Assembly: GCA_034780895.1 (NCBI GenBank)
Contig: JAUZTB010000062.1
Location: 5,505,012 to 5,569,011 of the forward strand
DNA: 64,000 nt
Source of the DNA: Rhynchobatus australiae
Lineage: Eukaryota
Direction: 5' to 3'
Part shown: positions 13,567 through 26,430 of the stretch, piece by piece
Position numbering within the stretch: the first letter of the stretch is position 1
Layout: every line of letters starts with the position of its first letter
Position numbers and translations under genes: made by a program
Notes under the pieces: model-generated
Database searches by the model: none
Told to the model about the DNA's origin: nothing
Seen by the model: only the letters and a program-made list of their open reading frames with translations

Positions 13567-14480
13567 TGTCATCATATTTGGTAGTCACCCTCAGCATTGA
13601 AGATGACTTGCTTCCACTCTGGTTTTGTGGGTTCTGAGGTGATCAGTGAAGCTAGGGTGGAAACCACAGACTCCTTTACAGCTGGGGCAGGAGGTGTCTG
13701 ACAAAGCAGGTGGTTGAGTAGTTTGTAAGATGGTGCACTCCTCTCACCACTTATGCAGAATTTCTTTCTGCTACAGAGGCATGGATTCTAATTTCTCTAA
13801 GTGAACTGAATACTCCTACTCCATTTGGAATGGCCTTAAAGCAGAGATTCCCAAATGTCAGTGGGGACATTGCATTTTTTTTCAAGGAGACCTTGATCAT
13901 ATCCTTAAATTTTCTCTTCTGGCTGCTTGGTAATTTCTTCCTGTGACAGAGCTTGGAAGAGAGTGTCTGATTTGGGAATCTGGTGCTGGATTTGTGGGTG
14001 ATGTGACTGCTGAAGTTTGGATGATCTAGGTTCTGGACTGTCGTCTGTAGCTTAAACAGGAGTCCCTTGGAAGTTTGTTGAAGGTGAGATTTAGCATTGT
14101 GGTGAGGAAGACTGAAAAATGTGTTGGGGCAGTAATGCAGCCTTGTTTTACAGCAGTTTTTGCTGAGATTGGTTCTGTTGTAAATTCATTGGTTAGGTTA
14201 ATGGCTTGCATGCCATCATAAAGTAAACATAAGATGGACTCATTTTTGCATGGGCATGAATTTGAGGAAAGGGCTCCAGAGTCCTTCCTGGTTGAAGGAG
14301 ACAAAGGCTTTTAGTGAGTTGCAAAAAGCTAAATGCTGCTCCCTGCCATTCTCTTGGAGATGTTGCTTGATAAAAGATACATCTACTGTGCCTCCAGATA
14401 GACAGAATCCACATTGTGATTTGGGGGAGCAGCTCTTTAGCCACTTGGAGGAGGTGGTTGAAGAGGATCACTGTTCCTGT
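13567..14480 (-). mobile_element. RTE-clade LINE remnant
   Basis: Minus ORF 14026-14304 LYDGMQA...TAVKQGCITAPTHFSVFL resembles RTE RT motif GVKQGCVLAPTLFSIF; 3' end TCATCAT...GAAGATGACTTGCTTCCAC. Confidence 0.75.
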
Positions 14481-14599
14481 TGATTGGATACTACGCTTTG
14501 TGAATCCTCCAAATGTAATAACCTGAGTTATATAACTTAAATGGCTGGTGCACATCACTTGTCCCTCAAAAATAAAAAGCAAAGCTATACCTGTGGCAT

Positions 14600-14960
14600 A
14601 AGTAAACAAGAAATATTTTAGGAATAAAAACAGAAAATCCAGGAAATGATCAGCAGGTGAGGCAGCATCTAAGGAGAGAGAAATAGCCAACATCTCAATA
14701 TGATGACCTCTGTTTCCGAGGAAGTTAGAAATCAAACAAGTTTCAAATTGCAGTGAAGAGGGAGAGCTCGAGAGGACAAAAACAATGTCTGATGATTTGG
14801 ACGCCAGGGGAGACGGAATGCCATAAGTGGTGACAATGCAAGCTGAGAGAGGTTGCAAAGGCTTGTTAATTACAGTTTATCTACCTGGAGGCAATGTAAA
14901 TAGGAGGATGTGAAGTAACAGAGGTGGAAGGAGGAAATAAATTGCTGGAATATTGATGTC
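14600..14960 (-). mobile_element. Penelope-like pseudo-LTR fragment
   Basis: AATAAAAACAGAAAA...CAGCAGGTGAGGCAGCATCT..GGAGAGAGAAA, the reverse complement of the tail seen at 18250-18350. Confidence 0.65.
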
Positions 14961-15239
14961 AAAATACTGGGCATTACCTTCTGCTTTAGAGACTTCTCTC
15001 ATTCTTTATATTGTCTCATTCCCCAACTGTTACTACTATCCTTGCTCCTAATTTGCATTTCTAGGTCTTTTATTCATAAAACATAAGAGTTTGGCTAGAA
15101 TGATTTGGACTGATTTGTTCTCTGGTATGTTGCATTATTGAAGTTGGCATTGTGCAATTAATTTTCAATAGTTGTAGAAATTTCAATGCATTACAGTATA
15201 AGACCTAAAATTTTGCTGTTGCTATTGTAATGTTGATGC

Positions 15240-15313
15240 TGTAGCGGCTAGCTACGCTGAATAAAGACACGAGACACTTGTTTGGAGTCCAAGAGTCGAA
15301 TGAACGACTGGGG
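15240..15313. mobile_element. Probable LTR terminus of a young element running into the gap
   Basis: Abrupt CpG-rich segment starting TGTAGCGGCTAGCTACG next to a 512-N gap; TG start is LTR-like; remainder hidden. Confidence 0.35.
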
Positions 15314-17968
15314 NNNNNNNNNNNNNNNNNNNNNNNNNNNNNNNNNNNNNNNNNNNNNNNNNNNNNNNNNNNNNNNNNNNNNNNNNNNNNNNNNNNNNNN
15401 NNNNNNNNNNNNNNNNNNNNNNNNNNNNNNNNNNNNNNNNNNNNNNNNNNNNNNNNNNNNNNNNNNNNNNNNNNNNNNNNNNNNNNNNNNNNNNNNNNNN
15501 NNNNNNNNNNNNNNNNNNNNNNNNNNNNNNNNNNNNNNNNNNNNNNNNNNNNNNNNNNNNNNNNNNNNNNNNNNNNNNNNNNNNNNNNNNNNNNNNNNNN
15601 NNNNNNNNNNNNNNNNNNNNNNNNNNNNNNNNNNNNNNNNNNNNNNNNNNNNNNNNNNNNNNNNNNNNNNNNNNNNNNNNNNNNNNNNNNNNNNNNNNNN
15701 NNNNNNNNNNNNNNNNNNNNNNNNNNNNNNNNNNNNNNNNNNNNNNNNNNNNNNNNNNNNNNNNNNNNNNNNNNNNNNNNNNNNNNNNNNNNNNNNNNNN
15801 NNNNNNNNNNNNNNNNNNNNNNNNNAGTATACAACTTGAGTTCTCCTTGGCTACAAGAATCATTATGTACCTCACTCAAGTATTCATCATTTTGGAGCTT
15901 AATGTGAAGTGTCCATGGATAATTCAACCTTACAAAAAAAAATCAGGAAAAGCCTGTGTTTTTTCTTCATGCATTCTCTGAACATATACATTTTGCACCA
16001 ATGGTCACTGAAAACAGGAAACCTTTTCCAAATTTCCCCCACTAACCCATGAGGACATTGGTTGCCCAAAAACTGCCATTTTTGAGTTAAGGCTCAGAGA
16101 TGTATTGGAGAGTTGTCAGCTAAGAAGAGAAAGTTCATAGCACCCCACCTTAGCATAATTGTTTTGGTAATTTTGCATGGGAAAAATTGAATAATCAATG
16201 CTGTGTTATTAACCAATTCCAAATTGGAAAAGATGCTGGCATTTTATTGTAGCATTACCCACCCTTTGAAAGTGGAAAAGGATCCTGTGAATCCTTGTTT
16301 TTAAACTCTTCAGTCTGTATCTTTCCATTGTAAAAGTGCATGTAAAACCAAGTGAATCTGAAACCATAGTTTCCAAAATTGGCTGATGTTTCCTGGAAAG
16401 CCATTTTCTTTAAATTTGTTGCAGAGGAGGAGAAACCAATTATGATTTTTGATTTACTGGTAGTTTATCTTGCTATTTGCAGATTTAGAAAGGGATATAT
16501 TTCAATGAATTTTTATCTAATACCACATGTTATAAAATAACAAAATGGAAGTGTTGTGAAGCTTCTGCTACAGTGGCAATATTAACTGTTTCCCCCATGG
16601 CAAGAATGGTGGGAGGAATTGAACAAAATATGTTGCTGACTGCTTTTGATACGTAATTAGAATGGAACTTCACTTATATACACGTTCTAGGAAGTGAATA
16701 TGATTCTACACAATATGTATATTCTTGGCTATCTATGCAAGAGTTCTGATGCATGTAGCATATTTTACATGGAAGATTTGAAGAAGGATGGAAAGAAGCT
16801 TGAAAGTTCTTTTTCACTCCTGCAGACTTCTTTCTTATTATTGCACCATTCAACCCTCAGGAAAGTGTTCAATTAAGTGCGTGACAAGATGTTAATTCAG
16901 ATTTGGACATCTTGATTTTTTGATATTCCCAAAATTGTGATTGAACTTGGAAATCGTTAACTGCTCATTGCCACACATCTATACTGCATGCACACACAGA
17001 TTGTATGTATTGTAAAGTATACTGGATAATGCAGAATGTTATAGGTGTGTGTGATCTAATCTTAAGATTTGCATAACTGCAGTCAACTGTTTAGGTTTTA
17101 TTCACTTCATCTGCTTCTGGGGAAAATAAATCATTCCGACTCTTATTTCAGGATTAGATTAAATTATGCAAGAAAATTGAAGTGTCAGTCAACCTGTAAA
17201 TAATTAACTGCAAATGTAATTTTAATACAACTTTCAAAAGGGAGCTTGATAAATATTTGAAAGAAATAATTTAAAAGGCTCTGAAGAAAGGACAAAGGAA
17301 TTGGACTAAGTGAAAACTCTTCAAGAGTCGGCACCAGCGCAATGAGCAGAATTGCTTCCATCTGCACGACATAGTTATACAATTCTATAAATATTCCAAG
17401 TGAGGAATTGAAATGGTATTGTGAATTATAGTAAAAAGTCTTCACTTCATTTTTTATTTTTTCCAAATTGGAAGGTCAAAGGGGATATGATTGAAGTTTC
17501 CTAGGTATTGAGGCAAACTGGGTAGACAGAGATTATTTACACAGGTTGGGAACTCTAATAGTCTAAAGATTAAGCGATAAGGATCCAGATTTGATTCAGT
17601 ATCTGATGTTAGTTAATCTTGTATAGTATAGCAATTGTCTTCTGTATGCTTGCAATGCCAAGGGGAAAATCATTCAGATCTCTGCTTCGATTTAGGGTCA
17701 CAATAAACCAAGATCTCATTGAATGGTGGCAATAGGATTTCGGTGTAAATGGCATACTGCATTCCTTTATTCCCCCGAGAGGACACTGGCTTTGTTGTCT
17801 TGGGTAGCATGTGCCATGCTGTAACCAAAAAGTGCAAACCGGGAAAATACGGAGGAGGAGAAGTCATTTGTTTGTTTCTCTTTTTGAAGTTAAATTCTAC
17901 TAGAGTGATGTAGGTGTAATATTATATGAATGGTTGATATGATTCTACTACTTTTGTATTGTTTCCAG

Positions 17969-18102
17969 GTATATTGGGAGGTCAGATTCTATAACTATCA
18001 GCGTTTGGAATCATAAGAAAATCCATAAAAAACAGGGTGCAGGTTTTCTTGGTTGCGTGCGACTCCTTTCCAATGCCATAAATCGCCTTAAAGATACTGG
18101 TT
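17969..18102 (+). CDS. SMURF2: SMURF2 coding exon 4 (C2 domain)
   Basis: gtttccAG|GTATATTGG...ACTGGTT|GTgagt; YIGRSDSITISVWNHKKIHKKQGAGFLGCVRLLSNAINRLKDTG; 134 nt. Confidence 0.97.
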
Positions 18103-18194
18103 GTGAGTATAAACAGTTGAAAGACAAAGATTAAATTTGATAACTTGGACTTGCTGTTTTTAATCTCTGCTAACATCTTGCCTCTCTTGATATC

Positions 18195-18357
18195 AGAACT
18201 TGTTTTCTCAGTTTCCCAGTTCTGATGAAGGGTCTTCGACTGGAAATATTAACTCTGTTTTTCTTTCCACAGATGCTGCCTGGCCTGCTGAGTGTTTCCA
18301 GTATTTTGTGTTTTTAATTTTAGGTTTCTAACAACTCCAGTTTTATTTTGATTTTCA
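18195..18357 (+). mobile_element. Penelope-like pseudo-LTR 3' end
   Basis: CCCAGTTCTGATGAAGGGTCTTCGACTGGAAATATTAACTCTG...CACAGATGCTGCCTGGCCTGCTGAG; the same unit follows GIY-YIG remnants at 29230 and 44640. Confidence 0.75.
18217..18257 (+). ncRNA. Minimal type I hammerhead-ribozyme-like motif (activity unknown)
   Basis: CAGTT-CTGATGA(18222-18228)-AGGGTCTTCGACTG-GAAA-TATT-AACT: CUGANGA and GAAA boxes, small stem II (GTC/GAC), palindromic AATATT in place of stem III, AGTT/AACT stem I. Confidence 0.5.
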
Positions 18358-19259
18358 GTCATGCCCCTCAAATGGAATTGGTTTTAATTGGAAAACCCTG
18401 AAGAGCAACAGCAAACTGATTTTCCATTTAAATAGAACTTGGGACAAATATTGACCTGAAATTTCATCATATTGAAGGTTGAAAATTGGGAAAATGTGAA
18501 TTGCTCACCTCTGATAATTATTATTCTCTGATACTCATTATCTTAAAGTTCTCTTGCCTCATTGAAATGTTTTCTTTAAAATAAATACTTGAGTACCAGT
18601 ATCCAGCAAGAATAAATGGAACAAAATAGATTTAATTTCCTCTTGCTAAATTGTTAGCATCTTATTACTGGTGTGGGCATTGTCAAATGACATCTGAGGG
18701 CAGCAGTTGCCAGGCTGAGGTTGTATCTGTCTTAGCTGTTGAAGTTGGTTTGCCTCCAAGATTAAAGAGGACTGGGTAAAAACACATCTCTAATGTTCTG
18801 AAGAGCATGTAATCTTGACTATATGACAGTAGGATGGAAGGAGCAAAATAAAAAAGAACTTGATTACCTCAAGACTACTTTGTACATCTCCCACATGCAC
18901 TTTCATAGGTGTCTCTAAAAGATCCAATCATGCTTCTTTTAATAAGGCCAGGGTGTTATGCAAAGATTCTTCCCTCTTTCCATGTTGCAGTTTATTACCA
19001 CATAAATTCTGTTCTCCTATTTTGTCAATTAAGTTAATAGATGAAAATCTGCCCTAAAGCTTAGTCCAATTTCTAGCAGTAATAGATTCATAGCCCTGAT
19101 TGTGACTTACACAACAGTACACTTTGGAAAGGAGGAAGGCATTTGTTCCTATGATGAATATTTTGAAGAGCAGTTCAGTTAGTCCTAGAACCCTGCTCTT
19201 AACCCATATCCCCACAATTAATTTTTGTTCAACTATTTATCCATTCCCTTCTGTGACAA

Positions 19260-19600
19260 GAACTATTGCAACTGTGCCCTTTATTCATACAGGCAGTACA
19301 TTTAATGTCCTATCTCCTTGAATTTTAAAGGACTTCTGCTTGTGCCCGTGGTTAATAGCTCTTAACTGGAGATGGTTTATATTTATTTCAAAACCCAACA
19401 TGATTTTAAATAACTCCTATCAGATTTCTTTAGCCTTTTTTACTAGAGGACAACCGTAGCTTCTCTAGTCTTTCCACACAACTGGAGTCTCATCCCTAAA
19501 ACCATTCTGTTTGATGTCTTCTATTACTAGTTCCAAAGCCTTTACATCTGCCCTTAAGTATGTTGCCCAGATGTTAGACTCCCCTGTAAGTTGAATTAAC
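19260..19600 (-). mobile_element. Old CR1 LINE fragment
   Basis: ATGATTTTAAATAACTCCTATCAGATTTC...GCTTCTCTAGTCTTTCC...AAAGCCTTTACATC...TGTTGCCCAGA resembles the antisense CR1 ORF2 3' end at 42700-43010. Confidence 0.55.
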
Positions 19601-19978
19601 TAGATCATTCAGAAAGTACGTTAAAATGGGTGTAAGGACAAAATTCATTAGTAGAGTGAGGTGTTCAAGACTGTATAACATTGTAATAAAAGGCCTTCAG
19701 TCAATAATACCCTCTGTTAAGTTTTAGTCTTCTAATCATCCTATACACAAAATGACCTGGTGGCATTTTGTGAGCAATTGAAATGTGTACCAATTGTGTT
19801 TTAATATTTGTCATCTGTTAAAACTCATCAGATTGCAGATCAACCATAGTCATAAAAAGATTTTATAAATTATCTGTATGCTATTTGAAATCTGACTGAC
19901 ATGAAAATACAGAATATTTTTATTTCTAGTTCTGTTGACTAGAAATTTATTTAATTGTTTATAATATTTTTTTTACAG

Positions 19979-20044
19979 ACCAGAGGCTGGATCTATGCAA
20001 ACTGAGCCCTAATGACAATGATACAGTAAGAGGGCAGATAGTAG
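19979..20044 (+). CDS. SMURF2: SMURF2 coding exon 5 (C2 domain end)
   Basis: ttttttacAG|ACCAGAGG...ATAGTAG|GTatgt; (Y)QRLDLCKLSPNDNDTVRGQIV; 66 nt. Confidence 0.96.
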
Positions 20045-20331
20045 GTATGTAAAATATAAAGTGCTATTGTGAAATTGGGAAAACTTTTTAATACAAGGTG
20101 AAAAGAAATTAGAAATTCTCTCTCCTAAAATGCCATGATTTGTGCCTGAGTTGAAGTTTTCAAGATTTGGATTGATTGGTTTTGTTAGATCAAGGTATTT
20201 TGTCATTCTACACAGGGGGACCAGAAGGAAAATCTTTGTTTTCCTTCTTATTTAATATTCATATAATTTATCATTGTTTTTAAATGTTATAAGAATAAAT
20301 TAACTGAACTGGCTTCTTTATTTATTAACAG

Positions 20332-20416
20332 TGAGTCTTCAGTCTAGGGATCGAATAGGCAGTGGAGGTCCTGTGGTAGATTGCAGTCGTTTGTTTGACA
20401 ATGATTTGCCGGATGG
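20332..20416 (+). CDS. SMURF2: SMURF2 coding exon 6
   Basis: ttattaacAG|TGAGTCTT...CCGGATGG|GTaaga; (V)SLQSRDRIGSGGPVVDCSRLFDNDLPD(G); 85 nt. Confidence 0.96.
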
Positions 20417-21699
20417 GTAAGAAATTATTATTAATATAAGTGTTTGGGAAGTTTTGTGAAAAGCTTGAAGCATTTTGCAAAATGTTGTGAATTGCTAATA
20501 TTAAGTAAATAGTAAAAGAAGTTGATAAACAGGACTGCATTGGGAATTGAGATTTTAGGTGTTCTCACGTTTGTTTGCCTTCATTGTTTTACATCGTTAC
20601 CCTTGATATTCTTATTTATATTTTTGAACAGACAAAAGGTTTGGGCAAATGGGTACCAAGCAGATTCTTGAGCTACAAGAGAAAAGAACAAATCTTTAAG
20701 CCAAGCTTTAACAGCTTCATAGATTGTTTTTTAATTTTTTTCTATTTCTTCCTTGCATTTTATTGCTGCATGCTCATAACCAACAAACTCTTTGNNNNNN
20801 NNNNNNNNNNNNNNNNNNNNNNNNNNNNNNNNNNNNNNNNNNNNNNNNNNNNNNNNNNNNNNNNNNNNNNNNNNNNNNNNNNNNNNNNNNNNNNCAACAA
20901 ACTCTTTGATCAAAGAGTAAGTGCATTGTGATGAAACTTCACAATTATAAGTAGAAGCAAAAAGTGCTGTGTGCATTAGACAGATCAGACTACCTCTGCA
21001 GCAAGAGAGATGGAATTAACATTTCATTGCCAATTGCCTTTACTAGACTATGTGCCAAAGTGCTACCTGACTTTGCATGTTACAGCTTTTTATTTCTATC
21101 TTTGAAACTTATAGCACTTACATTTTTTTGTTTTGTGTAGCTTTATTTTAGAGAGATGTCTACAAATATATGTGAGCTTCTTAGACACAGTGCTACATTC
21201 TTAATTACTTGGGAAAATTCACCTTAAGTGGACTTTCATTTGATACAGCAACACGATATTTCATTGCAGTGGAAACTGAGGTTCATTATAAGACAACAGA
21301 GAAATGATCTTAAACAAAAATGTACACTGTGTTGATGCAAGCCAAAGGTTTTGAAGCGCAAGGTACAGTAGCAAATGAATGGCGATGACATAGTGGGCAG
21401 GTTAGAGAAAAGAGGAATGCAGAGGGGCAAACTGGTGTACATGAAAATGAGGTACTAACCTGGCTAGACTGCAACACAGGGTTACATGTGACAGCAAATT
21501 TCCCTAAGTGGTCTATTTTAGAGAGAGGCACACGCACACGCGCACACACACGCACACAAATCCCAGCTGTCTTCTAAACTGGCTTAGCTAGTTTCTCACT
21601 TGCGTCAAGATCACAATATGATAACAGAAGAAGGAAGGATAAAACTGGACTGAATTCAGACATAACAAAGTTGCTCCCCAACCTTGTTGACTTTGAAAA

Positions 21700-21985
21700 G
21701 TCCTTCCCTTAGTCAAGAGAATCACACCTTAGGATAAGGGTTGGCTCTAGAACAAAGAGGAATAAAAAGTTCCTCCTTGAGAGCTGTGAATCTTTGGATT
21801 TCTCTTCCCCACATGGTAGTGTCGGATTATTTGATGGGCATGCTCAAGATTGAGTTTAATAGGTTTTAGAACTGAGAGAATAGTTATTTTAAGACAATAA
21901 AGGGAAGTGGAATTAATGTAATAATAATATTGAATGGCAGTGTTTGCTTGAGAGACTATTTGGCTAGTTCCTACGTTTTATGTTT
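21700..21985 (+). mobile_element. CR1 LINE 3' end
   Basis: GTCAAGAGAATCACACCTTAGGATAAGGG...GTGAATCTTTGGATTTCTCT...ATTGAATGGCAG...GTTCCTACGTTTTATGTT. Confidence 0.6.
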
Positions 21986-24619
21986 CCCTTTGCTATGTAT
22001 CTGCTATATTTGAAAGGATTTATCAACCAAGAAATATGAGATGTATCCGAGACATGATTATTCATCTGTGTTTTTTCTGTAGAGTAACACCTTTACTTTA
22101 TTATCTTTGGTGAATAATGTCCAATTCAGGAAGTCAACTCTTTGCATTGCAAGAAATGAGAAGCTTCCCCTGAGGTGATCTGACAGATTTACCCAGAATC
22201 CAGACTGCTGGATCAAACTCCTAGAATCTCAGCGTAAATCTGTGGTTGTAATGAAGACTTAAAAATGTCTCTGTTGACCATCTTTTAAACCGGCAGAGTT
22301 GCTTGAGATTACATGCGTTTCTTGTGGTCTTCACAGAGGCATTAACACAGAATCAGTGATCTGACATGAATGTCACCTTATCTCACACTATTCCTGCTGT
22401 AAAAACTACTATTAAATCAGATGTGACTAAATTCTTAATCTATTACATAAATATTGCTGAAAACCCCGTGACTAATTTTGAATAGATGTAAAAAGTCACA
22501 TACTTTTAAAAGTAATTATATTTTTAAATTTTGTTGTATTTTAGCTTCTAGCTTAATCCTGTATATTCAATCTATTTTAAAAAGTTAATTAAAATACTTA
22601 GTGTCTCAGAAATCTTCAATTTAATTGGTGGATATCCTGCTGATGCACTCACTCCTGCTGGAACAGCAAATATCCTATAGCAGTTGCCTGATTGTGCACT
22701 TTGAAAGAAAAAAGGAAATCTAGATCACAGAGCCACATGATTTTAATGCTTTTGAGCAAGTTTTGTCGAGACTGATAGTAGCTGCTGTATAGGGACAATA
22801 ATTTCCTTCTCATTCCCCAACCCCTTCTGAGCTTAACTACAGTTCAACTTAGAATTCTATTTCAAATCCAGTTTCAGATTTGTCTTATCTTCACTTTCCC
22901 TTGTAATTGTCAAATTTTGTTCAGCAAATACTTGCCATTATTTCTTTTAATGAGCTGGAATTGTGTTACTATGCTAGCATTTCAACACAAAAGAACAGTT
23001 TGCAGGCATTTTACTCATGGTGAAAAAATATTGACACTGGTATATTCTATTCTAAAGTAACTGCAGAATCACAGCAGCTGGGTAACATTTTTGCTTTGGT
23101 TATGTAGTTCACTTAAGTTTGAGTTGAGCTCATTTTTAGAGTCAGTTACCTGGAATTAGTATTGGTCCTAAATGTGTAAGATAATCAAATTTCAGAGATT
23201 TAAAATTGAAATTCTATTTTGTCCACATTGATGACTTGTTAATATAATTAAAACCTGTACGTTATTGCTGACTTGTCAGTGGATATCGTTGGTGTATGTG
23301 GTAATGCTGTGACATCTTCTTGCAAAATATTGAGTTAACTATGTATTTTTTTCCTCTATTTGTCCCCTTGAATCTATTTTTTTGATGACTAGGAAAATAA
23401 GATGTTTAAAAAAGATGTAAATAACATTAATGGAACTCAGTGAAAGCAAATTGAGTTTAATTAACATGTTTTGTATTTTGAATTGCATGTAAAAGAGAAA
23501 TCAAATATCTCATAACACTATTGAAAGTATTAAATAATAGTTTTCTATCTCAGTTGGGGCACGTGGAAGAACTTCTGAGTTTCATTTTGTTTTTATTTTA
23601 CTCAATCAAAATAACTGAAGTTAGTCTGGGGTAAAAGACAGAAATCACAAGTGGACTGGACTTGGAAGTGGACTGAATTCAAGTCAATCTCTTTTGCTGA
23701 TGTCTCTAGCATTCATCCGCTTCACTTTTCTACTCAGGAAATGCAGCAGCACTGAGAGTCAAAGGAGTGCATGTCAGTGTGGGAATAATTTTAAACCACA
23801 TTGCAAAAAGGGCAATAAACAGCTTCCTACCTGTGAAATAAAAACACATTGAGTAGTTAGTTGTTGTGTATCATTTAACAATGAGGTCTTGTCATTGAAT
23901 TTCTTTTATACCAAATAATTAATAATTAGTTTCACTTACATATACAAATCTTAAATTCACATTGAAAATTGGCTTGCATGCAAAAATTCAGTTATGATCA
24001 CAATGTCTCAGTTGGCCTCTGGCTTCCAGCTTTTTCTGATTTTGAAGATCCTCCAAGTCTAATCTCTAATCTGTTATTTAAACAACGCCCAGATTGTGTT
24101 CTTGATTCCTGACAATGTAGCTGTCACAGGCCAAGAAACTTGCTCTTTTTTTTTGCTCAATTTTATTTATTTACTGGACTTGTTTTCCTTTTTAATGTTC
24201 CTGAATGTTCACCAAGGAATGTTTATAACACCCTTGCCTTATTGGCAGTTCAGATAACCAATGTCCAGGTATGAGATGTATTCGCACTAAGTGGGGTATA
24301 GATTTAAATCTTGTGTATAGCTCTGAAGTACAAGTTATTAGGAATATTGGCATAAACTTTGTGTGCAATAGGATAATCTGCTTTGTTGCTATGGTATTCA
24401 TTGAATAATGGATGTTGGCCAGGACACCAGGAAAATTGTAGGTGTATAGACTATTTTGTATTGCAGACAGGCNNNNNNNNNNNNNNNNNNNNNNNNNNNN
24501 NNNNNNNNNNNNNNNNNNNNNNNNNNNNNNNNNNNNNNNNNNNNNNNNNNNNNNNNNNNNNNNNNNNNNNNNAGACTATTTTGTATTGCAGACAGGCAAG
24601 CATAACTTTTATTCTTATG

Positions 24620-24745
24620 TTCAATCCACAAATACCCACCTCTGATAATGCAGCACTCTCTTAATATTGCATCCATTAGCACAACTGTTCTTGGAATGAG
24701 GTTTGAACCCATATATGGAAGACCTGATTTGTGACAAATAATTTG
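24620..24745 (-). mobile_element. Ancient Deu-domain-like SINE fragment
   Basis: CACCTCTGATAATGCAGCACTCTCTTAATATTGCA...GGTTTGAACCCA; B-box GGGTTCAAACC on minus strand. Confidence 0.45.
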
Positions 24746-24919
24746 TAATCACTTCACTGGTATGCACTACATTCTGGCAACTGCTGAATTTGTAACCAAG
24801 TTTTGGAATGCATCTTGACAATGCTTTTCTTAGTATTAATTGTTTCCAATATTGGCTTTGGACACATTCTCATCCCTCTTTCCAGGAAATGTCACTTACA
24901 ATCTGTTTCTGTTGATTAG

Positions 24920-25003
24920 ATGGGAAGAACGAAGAACTGCCTCGGGTCGGATACAGTATCTCAATCACATCACACGAACGACACAGTGGGAAAGACCTAC
25001 TCG
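24920..25003 (+). CDS. SMURF2: SMURF2 coding exon 7 (WW1)
   Basis: gttgattAG|ATGGGAAG...CCTACTCG|GTaagc; WEERRTASGRIQYLNHITRTTQWERPT(R); 84 nt; this WW domain is absent from SMURF1. Confidence 0.97.
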
Positions 25004-25764
25004 GTAAGCCACAGTATGATGGTAATTCTTCTTGGTTGCTAGAATATCTGAGGTCCAACAGTGTTTGTTTAAGTGCTTTTAATGCTCGTTTTTAAAAAAT
25101 AAAACTTATGCAAAATACCAGCCTTTTAATGAAGGTTAAATTACCATCTCATTTGTGATACATCTTCACATTTGCATTGACTTTCCCTGAGAAGGATACA
25201 CGTCCTCTTGTGTGTCCATCTAACCACAATCATAAATGCTTTTTTTCTACATTTTTCATGAGCCACCCTAAATAAAAATGATTTATTTAAGCTTATCCAC
25301 CACAAACGACGACTGCGTCTGTTTAATGCTCCTGCTGTATTACATACTTAGAAAGATGCCACACTGCTCTGATCAAAAGTTTGTAATTTGATCTGTTGTT
25401 TTGCAAGGAATTGTATAAAATGATAACCAAATTGAAATTCCTAAACACACAATGATTGTGATTAATTTGCAGAAAGCACTATCCAGAGTTAAATACTGCA
25501 GTTGTCTGTAAATAATAAGTTTCTTTAAAAATATTAGAAGCAATGAAGTGTAAAGTTTAAATACAAAATGAGTTTTGAAAAAAATATATTATTCCTCAAC
25601 TCAAATTTTCTCTCCCAGTTTTTTATTTTAGGTTTTAATTTTTCTTTTAAAACCTATTTTTTTCCCCCTTATTTAAAATGTTAGTTATTTCTGTCTTTCC
25701 TGGGTTCCATTCGTTGTTTGCAGCCGAAAGCAATTTGCACACTTTAAATTAATTCAAGGGATTT

Positions 25765-26430
25765 AGCTGGTGTTACTGACAGAACAGCATTTATTGTCGA
25801 TTCCTAATCGAAGCTGCTGGTAGCCACCACCTTGAACTGCTAAAAAAATCAGTGAAGATTCATCCTCTGTTGTTAGGTAAAGAGCCCCATGGTTGTGATG
25901 CAACGCCCATGAAGGAATGAATATATTTCAAAGTAAGGAATGTGTGTGTGGCTTGAAGGAGAACTTGGATGTGGTGGTGTTCCAATGCACCTGCTACATA
26001 GTTCTTTTATTTGGAAAAGATTGAGGTTTTGAGGAGCTGTTGGATGTGGCCACTATTTATTGCCTATCCGCAGTTGTCCTTGAGAAGATGATAATGAGCT
26101 GCTGCATTAAAAACAGTCCTTGAGGTAATTGTACTTCCATTGTGCTTTTGGATAAGCTTTACAAGGAAAAGTAATATGTTTCCATGTTGGAGGTGATCCT
26201 GCCATGGTGATGTTTCCATGAAACTGAAGCTGTAGGCTTGAGAGATGCAAGGCAAGTAAATGCATTTTTGTAAATGGTATACACAGCAGCCACTGAGGTT
26301 AATGATGAGGTTTAGGGTAGTGGACGCTTTGTGCTGCATTGTGTCAGGCTGCTTAAGTTGTTGGAACTGTACTCATCCAAGCAAGCGCAGAGTATTTAAC
26401 TACACCCCCAATTTGTGCTTTGTAAATGGT
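25765..26430 (-). mobile_element. Non-LTR retrotransposon 3' region (same family as 53330-54156)
   Basis: CAGCATTTATTG..ATTCCTAAT...CCTTGAACTGC matches 53355 GGCCAGCATTTATTGCCTATCCCAAAT; downstream blocks also align (GTTGGAACTGTACTCATCCAAGCAAG). Confidence 0.55.

Noticed and set aside
14193-14858. 221-aa minus-strand ORF
   Set aside because: It spans an RTE remnant and a pLTR fragment, has no recognisable domain and is best explained as a chance open frame.
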